Shown here: positions 1 through 10,944 of the stretch, one piece after another
How the letters are laid out: each line of letters opens with the position of its first letter
Position numbering within the stretch: the first letter of the stretch is position 1
Origin: Eledone cirrhosa
Lineage: Eukaryota
Assembly: GCA_964016885.1 (NCBI GenBank)
Contig: OZ024743.1
Location: forward strand, 168,020,001 to 168,084,000
Length of the DNA stretch: 64,000 nt
Direction: 5' to 3'
Program-made: the position numbers and the translations under genes
Notes under the pieces: model-generated
Database searches by the model: none
The model's input: only the letters and a program-made list of their open reading frames with translations
Told to the model about the DNA's origin: nothing

Positions 1-478
1 ATCAAAGAAAGTAGCGTAATGGGTTTAAATTAAGTTTGCCTAATCTAACGCTTGGCTATAGAGGAAAGCGTGTATATTTTAATACTAATTTAGTTCCTGA
101 TAAAGAAATCTAGTTATCAATTACTCTGAGGCACATAAAGGGTGCCTCATACACTAATTTACTTGTTTTTTTTTAAATATTCAAACACCCAAAAAGTCTA
201 CCCTTAGTCTGGTGAGGTGTCATAGCTATCTGTTCGGCCGGTTCCATAGGGTTTTATGTATATTTTAGCAAGAGTTAAAATATTCCAGGTTTACCTAAGG
301 AAAATTAGGAACTGTTTATAATAGTGTAAGTATGTAAAGTTACACCTAAGTGTAATTAAAAAGTGTAAATGACAAAGAAAAAATTCTATTTCTACATAAG
401 TAAGCTTGGGGTTTCCTCTATTGTAATTTGTAATTGGGAAGTAAATAAAGCCGAGATCTACCCAATTGGGTCGTGAGG

Positions 479-976
479 GGGTTTGAAGGTAAGATATGTC
501 TTATATATTCTGTGTTTACACGAGGTAACGAGTTTATCCTTTTTGTTTAACAATTGGTCTCTTGCAAACAGCATCTGGATCGTTTCCTCCGAACATAAAT
601 TGCACGGACGGCATCCTGCCGAGTAATATTTTGCCCTGGAAAGTAGGCTCCAACTTAGATGATAGATAATATGGTCGTCTTGGAGGTCCCAAATATGGCC
701 AGAAAGTGCTGTCGCGTGTCGCCGGGCCGGGTTTGTAAATGAATGTTGGTGTTGGTATTACCGGGCCTTAAACTCGCATGTGATTAATCCAATGTAGGCC
801 TTGCTGGAGTGTTCCTTCCTCACGTTACAGTGGTAGATCCCGTTTCGTTCGCAGAATCGGTTGTTGGAGGGGCACGATGATCTATCCAGACAATTGCAAT
901 TCCTAATTTGCTCACCGTTAATATTGTTGTTAGAGAGGAGTTTTGTTGTTGTTCGATGAAGCAATGTTATGTGCAA
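479..976 (-). mobile_element. Penelope-like element (Naiad-like) GIY-YIG endonuclease fragment, disrupted
   Basis: ORF 758-976 has CNC-x5-CP, GIYHC and YIG...FKAR. Reading past the stop gives HQHSF...LSGHIW...W..LSRAK.Y....CNLC..E...LLNKK, the typical PLE endonuclease C-terminus. Confidence 0.85.
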
Positions 977-1414
977 AGTTGGATGTTAATATTATTTAAC
1001 ATATGTATATAATTTGTTTAATAATACATAGCATTTTAGTCTACATTCGTATTTTGTAAATTTTTAAAAATAATTCTTTAGTTCAATAATCATTAGCCCT
1101 AAATAGCTTTTTAAAATTACATCATACTAAATATACTTACTAAATATTTATTTTTCCATTTAATAATGTTTAACTCTCTTATAAAAGGTATTATATGAAT
1201 TATCTCCCTTTTATTCTTAATTTTCTATTAACCGTCAGTTAACGATAAATTTTCAAACTAAGATGGAGTTATTTATGCATAAGCATATATGACTTTCTCC
1301 CATCTATTCAAATATGTGGTGCTTTTTTCCGATGATAACATTTATTCTATATTGAATTTTTGCATTGCTGATTATATTTACTCAACATTAATTCATTGAA
1401 TGGGTTAATTAATA

Positions 1415-2570
1415 ATAATGATTTCTAGAATAGGCACAAGGTCAGCAATTTGGGGGAGGGGAAAGTCGATTAAACCGACCCCAGTACGTTACTGGGCTTT
1501 ATTTTATCGACCCCTTAAGGATGAAAGGCAAAGTTAACCTCGGCGGGATTTGAACTCAGAATGCAAAGGGCCGTAAACTCTATGCTGCAAATCATGATGT
1601 CCGACTCTCTAAACACTTCAACCTATATTTGACTTTTATTTTGCCGAGTATCCTTTATTCAACATTATTGGCAGTATCGGTAGAGGGTCGGACGCCAAGC
1701 TTTCCAGCATAGTTACGTCCCTTTACGATCTGAGTTCAAATCCCGCCGAGGTTGACTTTGCCTTTCATCCTTACAGGGTCGATAAAATAAAGTACCAGTA
1801 ATGCACTAGGTAATTGCTGGCCTTGTGCCTAAAGTAGAAACAATTATTACCGGGCCTTTACGATCTGAGTTCAAATCCCGCCGAGGTTAACTTTGCCTTT
1901 CATCCTTACGGGGTCGATAAAATAAAGTACCAGTAATGTACTGGGTAATTGCTGGCCTTGTGCCAAAAGTAGAAACAATTATTACCGGTTAATTGCCATA
2001 TCGGTAGAAGGTTGGACGCCATGCTTTCTAGCGTAGTTACGTCCCTTTACGGTCTGAGTTCAAATCCCGTCGAGGTTCACTTTGCCTTTCATGCTTACGG
2101 GGTCGATAAAATAAAGTACCAGTAATGCACTGGTTAATTGCTGGCCTTGTGTCAAAAGTAGAAACAATTATTACCTTTGAAGGGCGGTGAATTGGTAGTA
2201 TCGGTAGAGGGTCGGACGCATAGAGTTACGACCCTTGCCATTCTGAGTTCAAATCCCGCCAAGGTTAACTTTGCCTTTCATCCTTACGGGGTCGATAAAA
2301 TAAAGTACCAGTAATGTACTGGGTAATTGCTGTCCTTGTGCCAATTGTAGAAACAATTATTACCTTTGAATGGCTTGAAAAATAATTGTTTCTACTTTAG
2401 GCACAAGGCCAGCAATTACCCAGTGCATTACTGGTACTTTATTTTATCGACCCCGTAAGGATGAAAGGCAAAGTCAACCTCGGCGGGATTTGAACTCAGA
2501 TCGTAAAGGGACGTAACTATGCTGGAAAGCATGGCGTCCGACCCTCTACCGATACTGCCAATCCACCACC
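1415..2570. mobile_element. Cluster of 6 tRNA-derived SINE copies (approx. 1415-1620 -, 1669-1850 +, 1853-1985 +, 1997-2173 +, 2182-2362 +, 2383-2570 -)
   Basis: A-box-like TGGCAGTATCGG, B-box GAGTTCAAATCC, central GCCTTTCATCCTTACGGGGTCGATAAAATAAAGTACCAG (resembles the Meta-domain SINE core, from memory) and TTA tail. Direct repeats flank several copies, e.g. ATGGCTTGAAAAATAAT at 2370-2386 and 2571-2587. Confidence 0.9.
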
Positions 2571-2983
2571 ATGGCTTGAAAAATAATAGTTTATCATTAT
2601 GACTGAATGATGCAGTCGAACCTTTTATATCTATTATTAAAAATATCTTTTGAGATCTATTTTTATATTTGAAATGTTATATTTGAACTGCACACCTGCT
2701 CTTATTAACTTTATAAGCTGTTGTAATGCTTATGATATATGTTTATTTACTAATTATGATATATGTCTTACACTATACTTAATCTTTATATAGCAGCATG
2801 TTTATTAAATTTAAAAAAAATGTTAATATTTTTAGCATTAATTTTATTTTATTGCATTTTTATGTTCATACTTTTCAGATGTTTCTTCTGCTTTTGCTAT
2901 CTTTTCTTATATAAATGTTGATACTTATGCTTACTTCCCATATTATGTATACTCCTAATGTTCGTATGACAACCTTTATTATA

Positions 2984-3030
2984 TACTCCGATGAAACCGG
3001 TCTTGTGCTAGGATGAAACGATCGTAAGTG
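2984..3030 (+). ncRNA. Degenerate minimal type I hammerhead motif (CCGAUGA core variant)
   Basis: TACT-CCGATGA-(weak stem II)-GAAA-CGATCG-TA-AGTG. Helix III is palindromic; the core has a U-to-C change. Confidence 0.45.
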
Positions 3031-3131
3031 ATTAAATTTTCATTGTTATTTATAAAGTATATCGGCTCTTTTTATTTTACATTGAGCTTTTCTCATACTT
3101 GTAAATGGATAATATTTAATAGTACCGACAT

Positions 3132-3166
<35 letters not shown>

Positions 3167-3201
3167 AAAAGTTGAACAGAAATAACAACACCTTAGGTAC
3201 A

Positions 3202-3239
<38 letters not shown>

Positions 3240-3273
3240 AGATTTGAATGGATACAGTTTAGTTGAAAGGAAT

Positions 3274-3390
3274 TTATTGACACGTGTTTCTATAACAGTT
3301 ACATAACCTAAAACAGCTATCTACAAACTTTTAGTTATGCAGACATTCAATATTTCAATGTTATTATTTACTGTCATTTCATCAGAATAA
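3274..3390 (-). ncRNA. Type I hammerhead ribozyme with long stem II, in PLE 3' end
   Basis: Minus strand: TTATT-CTGATGA-a-ATGACAGT...ACTGTTAT-a-GAAA-CACGTG-TC-AATAA. 5-bp stem I, 8-bp stem II, palindromic helix III, GUC site. Confidence 0.8.
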
Positions 3391-3689
3391 TATTACTGAG
3401 GACCTATTTAGTTTTTATAGAGAATATTAGGAGGGAGGGGTGAAGTTGTTAGAAGAATAGTTGAAGGAGTGGTTTTTCGATAGCAGTGAGAATTCTTGGT
3501 GGCAGTGAGTAATTAGATTCCCATCTGTTGTTTTGACATTTTTTATAGAATATATTATTGGTTATTTTTCTAAATCTATAGAAGGATTAGAGATAGTGAA
3601 GATATGCGTGGTTGGTTTTGTGTTTGCACTTAATTAACATTCAGACTTAAATTTTTCTTTCAAGTGTACGTATCCTTTCACCCACGCAT

Positions 3690-3940
3690 TCACACACAAA
3701 TATATTTGCACACCTATACAAAATACATATACACACAATTCACATATTCATACTTACATATATATACACATGCATACACATATATACACACATGCATTTA
3801 TGTACATACATACGCGCTCATGTGTATACATTTTCATACTCAACTTATCTTTATATACTCACGTATAGACACACACATATATACATACATACTCTAGTCC
3901 ATGTGTACACACATACACATACATACACATCCATATACAC

Positions 3941-3973
<33 letters not shown>

Positions 3974-3977
3974 CATA

Positions 3978-4041
<64 letters not shown>

Positions 4042-4180
4042 CACACACATACATATACACACATATACATATATATATATATATAAGCACTTTAATACAT
4101 GAATACACTTACATCTAACTATACACATCAAACATATATATATATTTACTTATTTATATACATTTTCACATATATATACA
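3690..4180. repeat. TA/CA-rich low-complexity microsatellite region
   Basis: Runs of (TA)n and TACA/CATA variants; these produce the YIYI-type ORFs. Confidence 0.95.
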
Positions 4181-4354
4181 TACTTATGGACGTTTTTAGA
4201 CACATTCATTATCGCATATTTGTACCTATTCTCATCAGCATATCTTTTCATTATTAGTATGGTAATTTAAGGTTATTAATATATGTTGAGAAGAGATTGT
4301 TTTTATATTTTTCTAACTAGATTAAGGTTTATATAGTTGGGGGATGTCCCTCTT

Positions 4355-4570
4355 TTATGTAATATTCGGCTTGTAGTGGGAAAAAAGGGTTTTAGTTCTG
4401 TGACGGCAGAATAATGTTCGTTCAATTCTGTTATTCAGCAATTTCTTCTTGTGTGTGATTATGTAATAAATCTCAAGATTACACAATTTGCAGAAATTTT
4501 GGCTCCTGGAAAAGCTTTGGGTTTTAGCTAATTTTTCCCATTTTAGGGTAAACTTTTGATCGCTATCCCT
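4355..4570 (-). mobile_element. PLE GIY-YIG C-terminal fragment (3' UTR extends to ~3200)
   Basis: LKWEKLAKTQSFSRSQNFCKLCNLEIYYI...LLNNRIER..FCRHR, homologous to the 11962-12306 ORF. Confidence 0.8.
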
Positions 4571-4625
4571 GTACAGAATTAGCCGTCGAAACGGCTTGAG
4601 CTCAGCCGTCGGGGTCTTACTTACT

Positions 4626-4735
<110 letters not shown>

Positions 4736-6250
4736 CATAAGCAGGAGGGATATTCAAGTTGTTGGTAATTCAACAAATATAAACGTTTATAACTGATTCA
4801 GAGCACTCGACAGCTTTTCTGGAGTAAATATTCAATGATATTAAATAAACGGGAACTATATTTATAAAACCATATTTATTCTATTATATATATAACAAAC
4901 TAAATTGGAGTTATCTTTCCTTTCTCAGTTATTATATACCTAACTCCGATAAATTAACAATATTATAATACATTTTCAACCCTGAACAAAATATTCAAAT
5001 GTATCAATTTTTAGACGTAGATTGATAATCATTAATCGAAAAAATTATCCTCTTCACGACAGTTTCTTAGATAAACACATAAAATATCTCCTCTTTTGGT
5101 TTTTATGATTCTCAAACATTCACACATCTTTCGACTAAAATAATTAATTAATCTCACACTTCTTCAAATTCATCGATTAATAAACTAAATTGGAGTTATC
5201 TTTCCTTTCTTAGTTAAGATGTATACATCTTGAACCCTGAACAAAATATTCAAATCTATCTATTTACATATAACACAAAATCAACTTCCTTCGTAACTCA
5301 TATTATAAACAACTAATAACTGTAAATTATTATCAATATCTCTTTAACAATTATTAATATATATAGAGATATTTATACATATATCCAAATACAATATTTC
5401 AATAACAAATATTTACAAACATAATTCTCCATATAAGTATAATATAGGTAAATATTCAAATTTTTCTTTCCCCAAATTAACGTAAATATGTGGTCTTCTT
5501 TTCTTTTTCTTTTTCTCCCTTTTTCTTTCCCTCCTAATAATACAAACATATATCTAAATTTCCCCAGCGTCTAAAATAACGGTTTTTCAATCATTTACCC
5601 AACCTCATTTACATATTCATTAGCATACTCATCCTAACATTTTTAAATTGACTATCCTTGGAATACTTCAACTGATGAGGTATGTTCCTTGGCTAGGTCA
5701 AAATTTATAAAACACACTTTGTATTTTATCGGATGAAAGCGTACCAAATTAATCTTATATATATCCAATGTTATCACTCCATACATACAAATACATTTGC
5801 ATAAGTAATTCATTGTCGAATCTGGTGTTTAAAGCTTACATAGACTGTATTGCATAATTATAAGTGATACACCATGAACACCCACCCCTAGTATAACCAC
5901 CCTCAACTACTATATGATTATAAGCAGTTGAAAGTAATTACCCAAAAGTAGGTGCTCATGGGGATATTTCTAGGGTATAAAGTTATAGACAGATGGAATG
6001 ATTTGTGTTGAGATAGGGTGGCTCTCCCGGGTGAACCTGCAGTAACTCCAAGTTACACCCCCTATATATATATATATAATAAAGAATTCATATCTAGTAA
6101 CATATATATACATACAGATGCATATCAATGCTAGCAAATATATAGGTTTTGTCTTAATAACAGTGTGGTTCAATGCAAGGGGCTGCAGAACAATAATATA
6201 AGAGACGTAAAATAAGAAAATTATAAAATTAACTTACTTACTAAAATATC

Positions 6251-6333
6251 ACTTCCAACTAATTAGTTTCTGGAATGGAGTAAATATATTTTCCGAAGAA
6301 TAATACAGAAAAGCATTCCGTCGTCAGGAAAGT
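6251..6333 (-). ncRNA. Type I hammerhead ribozyme with extended stem II
   Basis: Minus strand: ACTTTC-CTGACGA-c-GGAATG...CATTCC-a-GAAA-CTAATTAG-TT-GGAAGT. 6-bp stem I, 6-bp stem II, palindromic helix III. Confidence 0.75.
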
Positions 6334-6634
6334 CTATTCTCATGTAAGTTTCCAGGCAAAGCGAGGACACTGGAAACTTATTAAAAAATAATTCAGTGGA
6401 TAGGAAATAGCGAAGCGTGGACTGAATTCCAAGCCATTGAGAAGATCACTGCCTCTACGTCTGTGGCAAATTCAAAAAGAATCGAACACGTGACATCGAG
6501 GTCAATCAGTGGAAAGTGGTTTGCTAATAAGACAGCGGCCTCCAAATTATTTGTCGAGCAATATTGGCCATGACTGCTGCTACGGTTGTAGGCAGGCCGC
6601 TGTCTTATTAGCATATGCCGTCTTCAGAAATAAT

Positions 6635-6773
6635 TTTCTGAAGACGGCATATGTATGTGTTGGTATGTATATAAAATTTGATAGTTTGTATAATTTTGTA
6701 TAATTTTGTACATAGATCTGTTGAATATGCATGCCAATTCTAACACATATATGTCCTAGAAACGATCGTTAAA
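6635..6773 (+). ncRNA. Type I hammerhead motif with ~115-nt stem-II domain
   Basis: TTT-CTGAAGA-cGGCATATGTATGTGTTGG...CTAACACATATATGTCCta-GAAA-CGATCG-TT-AAA. Stem I is only ~3 bp. Confidence 0.6.
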
Positions 6774-6834
6774 TAATGAACTTTTTTTGTTTAATATAAG
6801 GAACTGTTTCATTGTTTTATTCATTATTTTTTAA

Positions 6835-6893
<59 letters not shown>

Positions 6894-8374
6894 GGTGTAA
6901 CTTGGATTTACTGCAGGTTCACCCGGGAGAGCCACCCTATCTCAACACAAATCATTCCATCTGTCTATAACTTTATACCCTAGAAATATCCCCATGAGCA
7001 CCTACTTTTGGGTAATTACTTTCAACTGCTTATAATCATATAGTAGTTGAGGGTGGTTATACTAGGGGTGGGTGTTCATGGTGTATCACTTATAATTATG
7101 CAATACAGTCTATGTAAGCTTTAAACACCAGATTCGACAATGAATTACTTATGCAAATGTATTTGTATGTATGGAGTGATAACATTGGATATATATAAGA
7201 TTAATTTATTAACATAAGAGATATGTATAACCTATATGTTGAGTGCAATGCATTGTGTATGAATGGGAAGTGAGTTATATATGCAAATACAACTTGATGG
7301 ATACATTAATGACATTGTAAATGAGGTATGTTTTTGTCTGCCATAGAGATGTATTGGATTTGCCATGCAGACAGCCATACGCTGCTCCAGAACTTACCAG
7401 GGGTTATGTAGACATAGTACTAATAGGTCACCTGACATGTTCTGTGAGTAGACTACATCTGCAGGGAACTTTGATATAAAGATGTGGCTCTTTGTATGGA
7501 ATATTCAGTGGTAGCACTCTATGACAGGGAGTAATCATCCTAATATAAATACCTTTAGTACATCATGATAGAGTAGACTGCGTTTAAAATTGGAAACTGG
7601 ATATAAATATATAACCGTCTATAGAAGGGACTCAATTGAGACACCTTATAATGTATGTTAGAACAAAAATTTAGTTATGAAAATCAGCTAGTTACGCATT
7701 AACCCCCCTTAATTACACACATACTTCTGGATAATAAACCGATGTAAATTCTCTCAACAGAAACAACCTACCCTATAAAATTGAATAAAAGAACACTGAG
7801 CCACAATAAGCTAAAATAATTTAAATTAATGCATCAAACATCCAATACGGAATCATCGTTAATTATGTGATGGATGTATAAACTATATATTACATTTCCT
7901 GAATGTGAAAATGGTGGTGGATACTAAAACCATAACTCTCTTTTGCTTCTCCTTTCTATTTCTATTTTTCTGCGCACATACTTTTTTATCATATACAAAA
8001 AATACCTTACCACTGCAACCTCCATAATACTCTTGCTTACCCACATAAAGTGCTTGTATTACATGTAACACCCTGCCACACAATAATCATATATAAATGA
8101 GACACACATAACTAACGGATACAATAACTACTACATCTTACTAACAAACTATCCTCTTGCATTATCTATGTTAACTGCCGAATGTATTTTAATTTTGTTT
8201 TAATTTTAATTTTGTTGTAATTTTGATATTGATCTTGACTTTGAATTTGAATTGCTATACGGAAGTAATATAATATAATATATGTCACTCCACTGTACAT
8301 CAATATATACATATGTATCTGTATGTCTCTTGCGTTAGAAAGGAGGTCAATCATGTGTACAAACATTAAAAAAT

Positions 8375-8419
8375 GCTCCGAAGACCCCAAGCCTAAGTTT
8401 AGATGAAACAATTGTAAGT
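8375..8419 (+). ncRNA. Degenerate minimal hammerhead motif (CCGAAGA core variant)
   Basis: GCT-CCGAAGA-...-GAAA-CAATTG-TA-AGT, followed ~200 bp later by (TA)n. Confidence 0.4.
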
Positions 8420-8616
8420 TAATAAATGCTTTGAACATAGCTTTGATTCTTGCGAATTCTATATAACTGCTCTGTAGAACAACTGATGTTATTACATTGA
8501 GCTATTTATCTTATTGATAATAAGGTAGTAATTAATTACCGACCTTCACTGTTTAGGGTTGAAAATATATATAACTATAAAAAGTTTTAGTATATACATA
8601 ACCATAAATAGTATCC

Positions 8617-8694
<78 letters not shown>

Positions 8695-9521
8695 ATAATA
8701 ATAAAATTGAAGACTAAAATCCAAAGAGGGCTCGATAAGGATAAATATATATCAAATATATAACAACCGTAGAGCAAATATTTATTAAAATAACAGATTA
8801 AAGTTTAAGCAAAGAATCGCTGTTTCACCCTTAACGGGATCTTCTGAAACTAAAAAGGTCAATCTGTGAACGCAGAAGTAAATATTTCAAAAACGTTGCA
8901 ACCAAAGGAAGACAGGAAAACGATACTTTTGGTTCGTGAAAACGTTCCCTGGCAAAGAACGAAAAAAAAACGAAGATAATACGTTATTATTTGGAGCGGT
9001 GAAAACAATTACACGCAAAGACAAAACCACGTTTATGGTATAAATGAAGTCGTAGACTAATATTCTATTAGGTGGTTCATGGAGACGTTCTATGGCAATG
9101 AGCGGAAAAAACGACCTGAGCAGCGTGATTTGTGTCAGTGTTGAACAAAAAGGTGACGATGGTTGCCTCAACACTGTACGGCGTAATTCGGGCTGTCTGT
9201 TTACAAACAAACCGAACATTTATTATAATACTCGGTAAACCCATACGTACATATAAAATATATGTGTGCATGTATGTATATATATACATACTACTGTACG
9301 TCTGTATACATATATGTATTTACGTATACATACATACTTAAATTTAAGTACCAGCCGTACTAAGAGTGAGACATGAAATTTCGTTTCATTCTTTTCCATT
9401 TATCGTTTTCGGTGCGCCCGGCCGACTAACTCACTCGATATGCAAATTAGGCTGCTCAGCCGTTAATATGCATAAGGAAAGTATATACTTTCAGACGTTC
9501 AACCATCTGAAAGAAAGGTAT

Positions 9522-9564
9522 ACGATGCTGACGATAGCTAATAAGCTTGAAACTAGTACATCGT
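9522..9564 (+). ncRNA. Minimal type I hammerhead ribozyme, copy 1
   Basis: ACGATG-CTGACGA-tAGCT-AATA-AGCTt-GAAA-CTAG-TA-CATCGT. Perfect 6-bp stem I, palindromic ACTAGT helix III, predicted cleavage after 9558. Confidence 0.85.
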
Positions 9565-9957
9565 TCCTGTGTCAGTGTTGAACAAAAAGATGATGATGGT
9601 TGCCTGAACACTGTACGGCGTAATTCGGGCTGTTTGTTTACAAACAAACCGAACATTTATTATAATACTCGGTAAACCCATACGTACATATATATATATA
9701 TGTGCATGTATGTATATATATACATACTACTGTACGTCTGTATACATATATGTATGTACGTATACATACATACTTACATTTAAGTACCAGCCTTACTAAG
9801 TGTGAGAAATGAAATTTCGTTTCATTCTTTTCCATTTATCGTTTTCGGTGCTCCCGGCCGACTAACTCACTCGATATGCAAATTAGGCTGCTCAGCCGTA
9901 AATATGCATAAGGAAAGTATATACTTTCAGACGTTCAACCATCTGACAGAAAGGTAT

Positions 9958-10000
9958 ACGATGCTGACGATAGCTAATAAGCTTGAAACTAGTACATCGT
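9958..10000 (+). ncRNA. Minimal type I hammerhead ribozyme, copy 2
   Basis: Identical to 9522-9564; predicted cleavage after 9994. Confidence 0.85.
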
Positions 10001-10275
10001 TCCTGTGTCAGCGTTGAACAAAAAGGTGACGATGGTTGCCTGAACACTGTACGGCGTAATTCGGGCTGTTTGTTTGCAAACAAACCGAACATTTATTTTA
10101 ATGCTCGGTAAACCCATACGAACATATATATATGTGTGCATGTATGTATATATATACATACTACTGTACGTCTGTATACATATATGTGTGTATGTATACA
10201 TACATACTTACATTTAAGTACCAGCCGTACTAAGAGTGAGCAATAAAATTTCGTTTCATTCTTTTCCATTTATAT

Positions 10276-10301
<26 letters not shown>

Positions 10302-10306
<5 letters not shown>

Positions 10307-10665
10307 CGATATTAATAAATGGAAACTATATTTATAAAACCATATTTATTTCATTATACATATTTCAGGGATACTACATTAAATTATGGTATGCCTTCAT
10401 CAGACAAAATACAATATATAACAGTTTTACAAATAGGTTTGACGTACCCTTTAAAATACAACCATTACTTTTGGAGGTTGTCTGGACAGCCTCCAAAAGT
10501 AATCGTTGTATTTTAAAGGGTACGTCAAACCTATTTGTAAAACTGTTATATATTGTATTTTGTCTGATGAAGGCATACCATAATTTAATGTGGTATCCCT
10601 GAAATATGTATAATGAAATAAATATGGTTTTATAAATATAGTTTCCATTTATTAATATCGTATAT
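10302..10665. repeat. 364-bp near-perfect palindrome (foldback pLTR)
   Basis: Centre GTC-TG-GAC at 10483/10484; the arms differ at only a few positions. Mirror ORFs 10319-10516 and 10451-10648. Confidence 0.95.
10558..10618 (+). ncRNA. Type I hammerhead motif (mirror copy at ~10349-10409 on minus strand)
   Basis: TTTTGT-CTGATGA-AGGCATACCATA...TGTGGTATCCCT-GAAA-TATGTA-TA-ATGAAA. Confidence 0.7.
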
Positions 10666-10944
10666 CTACTCCCAAAATTTGTCGAGTGCTTTATATCAGT
10701 TATAAAAATATTTACTTGTTGTATCCCAACAACTTTAAATAGAACTTTTGCATATAAATATATATATATATATATACGGGATAACAAATTATTGTTATAG
10801 GTAGCCCACTTAGATGCAGTCCAGTTAGGGTACTCCGAGTAGTGGATAGTATTAACGCTTGGCTAAGTTTGACTCAACAAGACGTTTCCATAGTGATGCT
10901 GCGAGTACGCGGTGATTTCTATGTAGTTTACACTTGGAGTAATA

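Larger units (their letters stand above)
5746..7207. repeat. ~320-bp near-identical inverted repeat pair (5746-6064 / 6889-7207), each ending at (TA)n on the inner side
   Basis: AAATTAATCTTATATATATCCAATG...GTTACACCCCCTA is reverse-complemented at 6889-7207. Confidence 0.9.
9131..10273 (+). repeat. ~436-bp tandem repeat (~2.6 units) containing a hammerhead ribozyme; retrozyme/tandem pLTR-like
   Basis: Units start at TGTGTCAG at 9131, 9568 and 10004 and are highly similar. Confidence 0.92.

Noticed and set aside
1669-1750. tRNA gene
   Set aside because: A/B boxes belong to the SINE head; no complete cloverleaf, and it continues into the SINE body.
5665-5745. CTGATGAG at ~5672 and CGGATGA at ~5730 as hammerheads
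   Set aside because: The first lacks the rest of the fold; the second is a mutated copy of the 10558 family truncated by the inverted-repeat insertion.
9131-10273. CRISPR-like array or repeated small protein genes (71-aa ORFs)
   Set aside because: Eukaryotic context, no unique spacers, and the ORFs are incidental frames with non-ATG starts.
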